From positions 21,266,001 to 21,330,000 of the forward strand of contig OZ004613.1 in NCBI GenBank assembly GCA_963924565.1: a DNA stretch of 64,000 nt, given 5' to 3'. The notes beneath the pieces were generated by a model. It was not told the origin of the DNA and ran no database searches. It saw only the letters and a list, made by a program, of their open reading frames with translations. Positions 47,976-56,882 of the stretch are shown one piece after another (position 1 is the first letter of the stretch; every line of letters starts with the position of its first letter). The translations under genes and the position numbers were made by a program. This DNA is from Ascidiella aspersa (taxonomy: Eukaryota).

Positions 47976-50900
47976 TTAACATTGTTTGCAAAACCAGGGT
48001 TCGTCGTTGTTATCAATTGCCCCTTGAGGAACGTGTGTTTGAACACATTCCCTGTGGAACCATTCCTTACAACTGCTGCATTCTATTAAGAAAAGCGCTT
48101 TGTTATCGGCTAATCTACAATTACAGTAAATGCTAGTGTGTATAGCTAAAGGTTTTCTTGATAAACCTGGTCTATTCCTACGCGTAAAAAATGGAGCAAC
48201 AGAACGATTTAAAACTATTTTCTGAATGTCACTGCGCAATGTTGCCTCTTTAAATATTACCTGCTCTGGTTTGATGCCGGATAGTATTGCAACTGCAAAA
48301 GCTATTGCAAAAGGACCACAATTGGAGCTTCCCTTCTGTTGGCATACCTTGGGAAATTCGAATTTAATGTTTTTAAAATTTTTTAAGTAGACAAGTTTGG
48401 ACAACTTGAATAGATCGTCCGAGTTATATTCGCTATAATAACTGTCGTATAATTGTATGGAATTACTCTCCGTTGAAAAAATGTTGGACGCCGTTACCCA
48501 ATGGTTTGAATGAACATTTATAATTTGAACAAATTTTCCGACAGAACAATTTACTGAAGGAAAATGAAACGGTGTTTCATAAGCATGAATGCTTTGTAAC
48601 CCTCCAATTTGAGGAAATTGTGTTGCCATTATATGCATTACCGAATCAATATGCTTATCGCTTAGCCATGTGTCTTTTGACAATAATTCAAGGTGATCAC
48701 TTTGATTCATGGTAAAACTGGTTTGATATTTTACACCACAACAACGGCGTCCCCAGGAACTAACAGGCAAATTGGAATTACAATCGTGGCCCTTATTCGT
48801 GTTTTTGATTGTCGATTTTCCGCGTTTGTTCGGACTAGAGCTTCTCAAACCCTTTGAAGGAGCTTGAAGATACTTCCCAATAGTCCTATCTGGCCCTGTG
48901 GTTCTTGGCTTCTTAGCCCAGCTTTCCTCTTCCTGTGGCTGGACGACTGCTCTTTTACGTTTGGACTTTTGCGCCAGCCTTATATTGTCTCTGAACTCTC
49001 GAACTAAAGCGACGTTCTGATCGTTGTACACTTGTGCAAATTCGGCAACATTACAAAATTTCTTACCAAAGCACCGCGTTCTTTTTAACTCCTGCTGACT
49101 CTTTTCCATGACCCCTTGTGTCCTATTATCTTTAGATAAGTTTTGATCTGCACTCCTAGACATCTTATTGAAAAACTCGGATGCGCGTTTATACGAATCG
49201 TCCGTTCCATGCCGGCCCAAGTCGTCTAGCATCAAACCTGTCCAAAGTGCAATTTTTGGCAAACAATTGACAGCAAATTTTTCAATAAATTCTAGACAAT
49301 AAAATTCGTTGTGATAATTTGCCTTTGTATCCTTGACTGCCTTTCCTGCTCTGCTGAGGGTTTTACTAAAATAGCTGACAAATGGGTTTGTTGAAATTGG
49401 GGTTTGGTCATTTTCAAGTGCGCTCTCCCCCGCATCCCTTTCGGCAAGAACAAATTGTTGAGAAATATCATCTTTGCGTTCAATTTTGGATTTTAACCAA
49501 TTCCAACTTATTTTTACCTGCATGTCATTTTTAGATGTAAATAAAATTACCATGTGATACAAAATATTGTTTATCGCATCAAGAGATTCCGCGCACATCA
49601 ACAAACCCATCACATACATTGCCTCTTGCCTTCTTTTAGGAAGAAGGCCACAAAGGCTTTTCATATTCTTCATCGTGTGACTGCCACACAAATGAAGAAA
49701 GGGCTTGCTAAAAGTCCTATCAGTTGCTTTTCCTGACACCACATTAAAACAACGGTCTAAATAGGCTTCCAAATCCTCATTCATATAAACTGACAAAAGC
49801 GATCGAATAATTGCCATGCTTCCATCGCAAATGATTTGACGCACAACGGTTTTTCCAACTAACTTATTTTCGTCCGAATAAAACATTTTAAAAAATTTTG
49901 AAATGGAAACGATATTGTGACTGTTGGTCACGTATGTCACAACAGCCAAAGGGGCTTTTCCCTTGTTTGGGTGGCGCACAGATATTTCATACGCGTAATA
50001 GGGCGCTTTTTTTCCCGAAGCTTTAATGACTCCCCCTGTTGCGTCAATGTACATAATATCCGTTTTAGTTCTTTCGTGAAAAATGCGTAAATTATCCAAC
50101 GACCAAAGCATAAGGCTACTTGGAATGCTTGAATGAAATCGAATGGTCCCTGGTAACGCGGACTTGCTTTCTGCACATTTCTCTGCCTGCGCAACCTGCA
50201 TTGCCTTTATCGCGTCGGTCTCGTTGCAGGAAGGAAGTTTTATTTTATTTCCCTCTGCTCTCGCTTGTCTCAAAACGTTATAAATAGGCGCGTTATCGCG
50301 ATTGCCTGACTCTTCCACTTCGTCGTCCAACTTGTCTAAATTTTTTAAGTTAAAGCGGCTGGGCAAAATGTTAGCCAACTTTTCCTGCATGGCTTTTCTT
50401 CTATCACCCTTCAACCTGCATGCAACGATATCGCCTTTTCTGTGCTTTACATCGCCTGTGTAGTTCACCTCAAATGTTTTGTCGGTATTGTTTCGCAAAT
50501 CGATACTAGCTTTACAAGTGCAAAATTCGAACGTACAGTACGCTTTACAATTAAAAGCACGGGTTTTATCATTTTTTTGATTCCAGAAATGTCCTGCAAA
50601 GCCAAAACTACAGAACGGGTTACTTTTTTTAAGTGCTTGCCGAAACACGTCAACCCAATTTTTATTTGTAAAGTTTCGACCAACGACAGATTTTTTTAAC
50701 GGAACCCAATCGGATTCAGAAAGTTCAAACGTATGTTGTTTTAATATATCTTTTTTAGGGACCCAAAACTCGCAACTACTATTTTCAGACAACGCTGACT
50801 CGTTTCCGTCACAAGACGACACATTGCCAATATAACCACTTTCATAAAACACGGGTATAGCACAAAGCAAATTATCACTGATATCAACATCCGAAGCATT

Positions 50901-51659
50901 GCTGCTGCTGCCACAACTGCCCTCGTACAACACAGCGCCATTTGTACTACAACATTCCACAACGGACAACCGCTCCTGACCCAGCACCTTGTTAAATTCA
51001 TCACCATGTTTAGCAAAAAAACCCTTAAGCTTACGAACTTCACCTCTAATTTGTTTTTTTGAAACATTTTTGGCTTTCAATTTACCTAACAAAGTTATCC
51101 AGCTACTACCACACGCAGGATCGAAATCGAACGATTCAATGGCGACTTTTATCGACGTAATTTTGTTATCTCGTGTAACGTCGTTACTCTCATTTTTCAA
51201 AACAACGTCTAATTTATCCATGCGAGGAAAACTATCACTGATGTCAAAATCCGAAGCATTGCTGCTGCTGCCACAACTGCCCTCGTACAACACAGCGCCA
51301 TTTGTACTACAACATTCCACAACGGACAACCGCTCCTGACCCAGCACCTTGTTAAATTCATCACCATGTTTAGCAAAAAAACCCTTAAGCTTACGAACTT
51401 CATCTCTAATTTGTTTTTTTGTAAATTTTTTTGTTTTTAGTTTACCTAACAAAGTTATCCAGCTACTACCACACGCAGGATCGAAATCGAACGATTCAAT
51501 GGCGACCTTTATCGACTTTATCTTATCATCATTCGGTACTGTACTAAGGGCACCGCCATAAATTCGTTGAATCTCTCTGCAAAAATAATAATCTGTTAAA
51601 GCACTCGTGGGTTCGAGCTCATTGTTCGATGGAACCGAGGTCGTTGCTCCAACGGTCCT
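47976..51659 (-). CDS. MULE transposase fused to a Ulp1/C48 peptidase and a PHD finger (large terminal exon)
   Basis: The open frame extends 69 codons upstream of the listed TTG start to a splice acceptor at 51660; first in-frame ATG is at 51221 (1081 aa). Putative Zn/DNA-binding region CKAYCTFEFCTC..VKH; DDE core YIDATGG, IICDGSMAII, CGSH (CxxH), RTQGVMEKSQQELKR; Ulp1-like WLSDKHID, NHWVT, LYDS, QQKGSSNCGPFAIAFA; terminal PHD CNC..ECSSCKEWFHREC..WFCKQC. Confidence 0.9.
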   Translation of the reverse strand, partial: RTVGATTSVPSNNELEPTSALTDYYFCREIQRIYGGALSTVPNDDKIKSIKVAIESFDFDPACGSSWITLLGKLKTKKFTKKQIRDEVRKLKGFFAKHGDEFNKVLGQERLSVVECCSTNGAVLYEGSCGSSSNASDFDISDSFPRMDKLDVVLKNESNDVTRDNKITSIKVAIESFDFDPACGSSWITLLGKLKAKNVSKKQIRGEVRKLKGFFAKHGDEFNKVLGQERLSVVECCSTNGAVLYEGSCGSSSNASDVDISDNLLCAIPVFYESGYIGNVSSCDGNESALSENSSCEFWVPKKDILKQHTFELSESDWVPLKKSVVGRNFTNKNWVDVFRQALKKSNPFCSFGFAGHFWNQKNDKTRAFNCKAYCTFEFCTCKASIDLRNNTDKTFEVNYTGDVKHRKGDIVACRLKGDRRKAMQEKLANILPSRFNLKNLDKLDDEVEESGNRDNAPIYNVLRQARAEGNKIKLPSCNETDAIKAMQVAQAEKCAESKSALPGTIRFHSSIPSSLMLWSLDNLRIFHERTKTDIMYIDATGGVIKASGKKAPYYAYEISVRHPNKGKAPLAVVTYVTNSHNIVSISKFFKMFYSDENKLVGKTVVRQIICDGSMAIIRSLLSVYMNEDLEAYLDRCFNVVSGKATDRTFSKPFLHLCGSHTMKNMKSLCGLLPKRRQEAMYVMGLLMCAESLDAINNILYHMVILFTSKNDMQVKISWNWLKSKIERKDDISQQFVLAERDAGESALENDQTPISTNPFVSYFSKTLSRAGKAVKDTKANYHNEFYCLEFIEKFAVNCLPKIALWTGLMLDDLGRHGTDDSYKRASEFFNKMSRSADQNLSKDNRTQGVMEKSQQELKRTRCFGKKFCNVAEFAQVYNDQNVALVREFRDNIRLAQKSKRKRAVVQPQEEESWAKKPRTTGPDRTIGKYLQAPSKGLRSSSPNKRGKSTIKNTNKGHDCNSNLPVSSWGRRCCGVKYQTSFTMNQSDHLELLSKDTWLSDKHIDSVMHIMATQFPQIGGLQSIHAYETPFHFPSVNCSVGKFVQIINVHSNHWVTASNIFSTESNSIQLYDSYYSEYNSDDLFKLSKLVYLKNFKNIKFEFPKVCQQKGSSNCGPFAIAFAVAILSGIKPEQVIFKEATLRSDIQKIVLNRSVAPFFTRRNRPGLSRKPLAIHTSIYCNCRLADNKALFLIECSSCKEWFHRECVQTHVPQGAIDNNDEPWFCKQC
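50874..51515 (-). repeat. In-frame tandem duplication (360-bp period) of a ~94-aa N-terminal module of the transposase
   Basis: 50874-51155 and 51234-51515 are near-identical; both encode IKVAIESFDFDPACGSSWITLLGKLK...NGAVLYEGSCGSSSNASD.DISD. Confidence 0.95.
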
Positions 51660-52430
51660 CTACAAGAAGACAGAGTTAGACGATCCAATCTAAACTACTA
51701 AAGTATTGAGGACAATACAGAGTTGAACCACAGCACTTACCACAGGCTTGGAGTCCTCCTGTTTTAGCCCGCTGGTCGAAGGAGCACATGTCCGTGCTCC
51801 AACGGTACTCTACAAGAAGACAGAGTTAGACGATCCAATCTAAACTACTAAAGTATTGAGGACAATATAGAGTTGAACCACAGCACTTACCACAGGCTTG
51901 GAGTCCTCCTGTTTTAGCCCGCTGGTCGAAGGAGCACATGTCCGTGCTCCAACGGTCCTCTACAAGAAGACAGAGTTAGACGATCCAATCTAAACTACTA
52001 AAGTATTGAGGACAATATAGAGTTGAACCACAGCACTTACCACAGGCTTGGAGTCCTCCTATTTTAGCCCGCTGGTCGAAGGAGCACATGTCCGTGCTCC
52101 AACGGTACTCTACAAGAAGACAGAGTTAGACGATCCAATCTAAACTACTAAAGTATTGAGGACAATATAGAGTTGAACCACAGCACTTACCACAGGCTTG
52201 GAGTCCTCCTGTTTTAGCCCGCTGGTCGAAGGAGCACATGTCCGTGCTTCAACGGTCCTCTACAAGAAGACAGAGTTAGACGATCCAATCTAAACTACTA
52301 AAGTATTGAGGACAATATAGAGTTGAACCACAGCACTTACCACAGGCTTGGAGTCCTCCTGTTTTAGCCCGCTGGTCGAAGGAGCACATGTCCGTGCTCC
52401 AACGGTCCTCTACAAAAAAATATAGTTAGA
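51646..52430 (-). repeat. 150-bp tandem array, 5 copies; each is an 81-nt intron plus a 69-nt phase-0 exon
   Basis: Units start at 51661, 51811, 51961, 52111, 52261. On the minus strand each has acceptor tcttcttgtag (tttttgtag at the first) and donor gtaagt. Exons 52409-52341, 52259-52191, 52109-52041, 51959-51891 and 51809-51741 encode (R/S)TVGARTCAPSTSGLKQEDSKPV with point variants. Confidence 0.9.
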
Positions 52431-52444
52431 TGACTCAGCACAGA

Positions 52445-53470
52445 TATGTGATGAATATTAAATATCGGTTTTTGCCGAATTAAACCCTTACTCCCCAACA
52501 AATTTATAGCAAGCGAGGCATCATTGGAAAGGTGAGATCAATGTCTATGCAATGTGTTTGATTTTATGGTGGGATGAAAATTATTTGTGCCTATTGTGGT
52601 CGGATGTTTTTTGGGTGAAAAATCGCGATATCGGGACTATTAATAGATTAATATGAAATTTTTAAAACTTTGAAATTTTTTAAATTTTTTTGTTCTTTGG
52701 CAAACTACGCCTTTGAAAATGAACGTGTGAAAGTTTCGTTCGATTGTGATTTTTAATAAGGGTACTAGAGACTTTCAAAAATTATCGCGATATGTCATGA
52801 ATATTAATATCGGTTTTTGCCGAATTAAACCCTTACTCCCCAACAAATTTATAGCAAGCGAGGCATCATTGGAAAGGTGAGATCAATGTCTATGCAATGT
52901 GTTTGATTTTATGGTGGGATGAAAATTATTTGTGCCTATTGTGGTCGGATGTTTTTTGGGTGAAAAATCGCGATATCGGGACTATTAATAGATTAATATG
53001 AAATTTTTAAAACTTTGAAATTTTTTAAATTTTTTTGTTCTTTGGCAAACTACGCCTTTGAAAATGAACGTGTGAAAGTTTCGTTCGATTGTGATTTTTA
53101 ATAAGGGTACTAGAGACTTTCAAAAATTATCGCGATATGTCATGAATATTAATATCGGTTTTTGCCGAATTAAACCCTTACTCCCCAACAAATTTATAGC
53201 AAGCGAGGCATCATTGGAAAGGTTTACTCCTGCGCTACTTAAAAAAATTAGTTTCAACCTGGGATGAAATTTTTAATTTATTTTTTATGGCGAATATTAA
53301 TATTGAATATTAATATTTTTTCGAATATTAATTTTTTTTTTCAAAATCTAAGAAACATAGTCCATTCTCAAGACGGTGGTAAAATTATTTTTCGAAAAAA
53401 ATATACGTAATTAAGTTTATTTTGACGTTGAAATAATCTGCCAGAAATTATTTGCTGACTAGCTTTTGGT
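52445..53470 (-). repeat. Right TIR: outer domain plus ~2.25 copies of the 345-bp unit
   Basis: Unit boundaries at 53223, 52878 and 52533; the third copy is truncated near 52445. Confidence 0.95.
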
Positions 53471-53607
53471 AATAAAGACTGGTCATTAGTAAATGATAAG
53501 GGTTATTTTTACCAAAAATAAATATCACGTTAGCGCCAGCCGCCAGCCGAACTCTTATAATTATTCGTGTGTGACCAAACTCTATAGAAAACATATTTTA
53601 TTTTTTT

Positions 53608-53658
53608 GTTCGGCCCACTGATCTCTATGAAATTTTCATAGAGATCAGTGGTTCGGCC
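53608..53658. mobile_element. 35-bp TIR-only palindrome flanked by an 8-bp TSD (probable P-type excision footprint)
   Basis: gttcggcc [cactgatctctatgaaa t tttcatagagatcagtg] gttcggcc; perfect 17-bp arms at 53616-53632 and 53634-53650. Confidence 0.75.
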
Positions 53659-55053
53659 GGAGTAGGCCCATAGAATATTGACATGGTCGGACTCGGGTTA
53701 TTTTTACACGAATACACGATAATAATCTTTATCTTAACCAAGTCGGCAAACTTATCTAAAACTTCTTATTTTGTTGGGTTATTGAAATATTTTTCCAAAA
53801 AAGCATATTCAGTCTTGTATTAGCGATGCCAGTCTGAATATTTGGAGTGTGTTCGCTTGGTGATGTTCGCCTGGTTCACTGCGATTTACTGTTCACTGCG
53901 AAAAAAATATGTTTTTCGTAGCAATAGAAAAATGGCCATTTGGCAACCTTGCAGACCCCTTTGTAAAACGCGATAACAATTTATTTGCACCTTGGAATCC
54001 TCTGAACAAACATATTACCCCACGTAAATTAAAAAAAAAAAGATAAAAAACTTTCTGACTTGAAATACATTTTTGATCTATATTTAGATTAACTTAGTTT
54101 TAAATTTGTAGACTGCCTTTTTTACATGTCTACTTTTTATCTGTTGCTTTGGGTTTCATTGTTATTTACGTCGTAAGCGCGCAATATTAATGTTGCAAAT
54201 AGGCCTAAAATTTGTGCATAACATTTTTGAGGCTAATTAGTTGTTTATGATTCAATATACTGTGCCAATATTGTATATTGAACCAATGGTTTTAATATAC
54301 GAAAGTACCATCAACCAAATCTTCTTATTTTAGGGACATTCCCTATAAATACTAAAATCCCCGAAATTGAAACCAATGATGTCCTTTCGAATGTTCTGAT
54401 AAAAATTGTTACTTCATATTTACACAAACTTGTCTCATCAAACTAAATTATGATCATAAAAATACGAAAGCCATTATATTCGATAAAATCGACAATTTCG
54501 CATTCAAATTTATTTGTCATGGAATTCGACAAATGTTATTCAATGCTGAACGTATCCGACTTCAAACAGATATTGATGACTCTTTTACAGCAACCCATTT
54601 GAAATTATGACTTATGTTGAAACTTTAGTTACCTATTACATAATACTCCTGAATGACACAATACTCCTGAATGTCAAATTGGTAAACGATTTTTTAGCTG
54701 ATGTAGTAGTAGTAGTTAAGCCGCTGGTCTAGAATCCTACCACATTTCCATCCGGGGTTTATTTTTAACATTATTTGGGTTGTAGGTTAGGGTGCGAGTG
54801 GTTTATATGTCTATATATTTAATATTTTAATTTTTTATTCAGAAGTGATATGCTTGTATATTTTTATCAATACAAAAAATATACTTCATGATATTTTGAA
54901 AATATATCTTAAAGAGACCATTTTATTTATTATTGCAGATAAGCAATTTGGGAAAGACAAATCTTATTGTAGTTGGATAAAATCTTATGACAACTTGAAT
55001 GTGTTTTCGTCATACAGGTTTTCCAAATTAAAATTGTAGGGAATTCAATAAAA

Positions 55054-56882
55054 ATGAAACCTTGTGTAAACATTTTTCCCCAACCCAGCATGGCTGATGC
55101 AAAAGTTTCTGTTCAAGTCACAAGTAACTTATGGTTTGACTGTCACCCATCTATGACACAGCTACAATAATTGTTTAACTTATTTTCAGATTTACCTATT
55201 AATGCATATGTGACAATCTATGCTTCAACTTATTCAGAAAAACTTTTATTTGATAGTTTTGCAGTCTATGATACTGGACCAAAAGGTACATAAACTTAAT
55301 TTATATATACAAAAGTACTATGAACATGACGGACTTGTTTTTACTAGGTAAAATTGATTTAGGATTAAGTGAATCAATTTTGGGAACTTACTCAGGTATT
55401 AACCAGATGGGATTGTTAATGTCATTGGAACCTTCAATTTTAAACGAGGTATTTAAGCTACACAAAAAACTTGATGTAAATACAAATTAATTAAACTACC
55501 TACATTTTCAGATTAAAAATGCAAGATTTGTTGTAAAAGATGTGACAAAGACACAAAATATAACACTTGCAATTTATACTGGACGTTACACTTCCATTTC
55601 TGATCTACGCTCAGACAAAACAAAAGTATGTTTGACGAGGCAAGATATTTTACGACTTTACATGTCACCTAGTACAAGAAGAATTCTTATTAACGAAAAC
55701 AAAGTTAAAGGAACACTGTTCATACCAAAAGGAAAGGGGCCATTTATAGGTATTTTAGAAATATGTATATATGTATGTTATGATTTTTGTTTTTAATTAA
55801 ACTTTTTGGTTTTAATAGTTTTAACTCTTGTGCATTAAATCGTTAAGGACATAAAATACACCAATTATTTGGTTAAAAACATTGACAATGCCTATTAGCA
55901 GTGTCAGGTAGAGTGCCTAAAATATTCCTTTTGTTGTATACAAAAAAAAATATGTTCACTAGTATTTTAATAAAATATTTAGTTTAACACACAGCCAATA
56001 TTTTTCTGCAATATGCAACTTTTAATAATATTTTACCAATTATTTTAAGTGCTGACAATTTTATGATCTCAACTACCTTGAATGACAGGTGTGATTAACA
56101 TGCTTGGTGCAGTAGCAAACCCAAATGAAGCAAAATCAGCTCTTCTATCATCGCATGGATTTGCCACCTTAAATCTCAAGTATTTTGGATTTAGAAATTG
56201 GGTGTATCATATAAATATGGAGTTTTTCGAAGCTGCTTTAAATTTCATGAAAAATCATGAAATGGTGAATGGAGCTGAAGGTATATCAGTTGTTGGATTG
56301 TGTAAAGGTGGCCAAATTGCTTTGTGTATGGCTGATTGCCTCAAAGACATAAGGTCGGTAATCGCGATCAATTGCTCAATTGTACCAGTTCATAACTCTC
56401 ATTATTTCCATGACCAGCTATGGCCTGCAGTTGAAGAAGGTAATTTGTTTTCTCTTCCAATGAATAGTAGCAATGTAGTCCATCCTAGAAATATTTTTTT
56501 CCCTCTTACATACAACATGAATCCCACTATGGATAAGAGATCTATGTTTAAATTCTTCAATAAACTTAACATTCCCTTTTTGTTTCTGACAGCTTTGCAA
56601 GATGATAATGTTCCATCTGAACACTTTACAAATCAGGCTGAGCGCCTGTTTAAATTAGCTAAGCATCCTAATTATAGCATTATAAGGTACCCAGGTGCTG
56701 GCCACTTACTTTCACCTGCCTATACTCCTTTTTGTGTTCGAAGTCCCGTTGCCGGAATATACACTAACTTGGAATGGGGCGGCCTAAAAATTCCCCATTG
56801 TAAAGCTCAGGTTGATGCTTGGGACAAAACCATATCGTTTTTGAAAGAAAAATTTTTGCCTGACAAAATCAGCAAACTTTAA
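55054..56882 (+). CDS. Peroxisomal acyl-CoA thioesterase / bile acid-CoA:amino acid N-acyltransferase family protein, 432 aa, 5 exons
   Basis: Exons 55054-55123, 55190-55285, 55348-55448, 55512-55749, 56089-56882, in phase (1299 nt). N-domain GKIDL..GTYSGINQMGL and GTLFIPKGKGPF; nucleophile elbow GLCKG; QDDNV; YPGAGHLL; C-terminal SKL (PTS1). Confidence 0.92.

Larger units (their letters stand above)
46900..53470 (-). mobile_element. Full-length Foldback-type Mutator/MULE DNA transposon (Phantom / FB-NOF-like), 6571 bp
   Basis: Perfect 9-bp TSD aataaagac (46891-46899, 53471-53479); termini accaaaagctagtcagc / gctgactagcttttggt. The mirror match 46900-47729 vs 52641-53470 has only one mismatch that I could see (47342). 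Encodes a MULE-type transposase. Confidence 0.95.

Noticed and set aside
49292-51561. Short overlapping and antisense ORFs within the transposase
   Set aside because: Shadow frames; the paired ones simply reflect the 360-bp duplication.
51646-52430. CRISPR-like array next to a large nuclease-like ORF
   Set aside because: Units are identical over the whole 150 bp with no unique spacers, the context is eukaryotic, and the units parse as intron plus exon.
52492-52524. ATG ATG in the right TIR as the transposase start, spliced via GTAAGG at 52491
   Set aside because: The frame reads ATG ATG CCT CGC TTG CTA TAA, so a stop intervenes before the donor.
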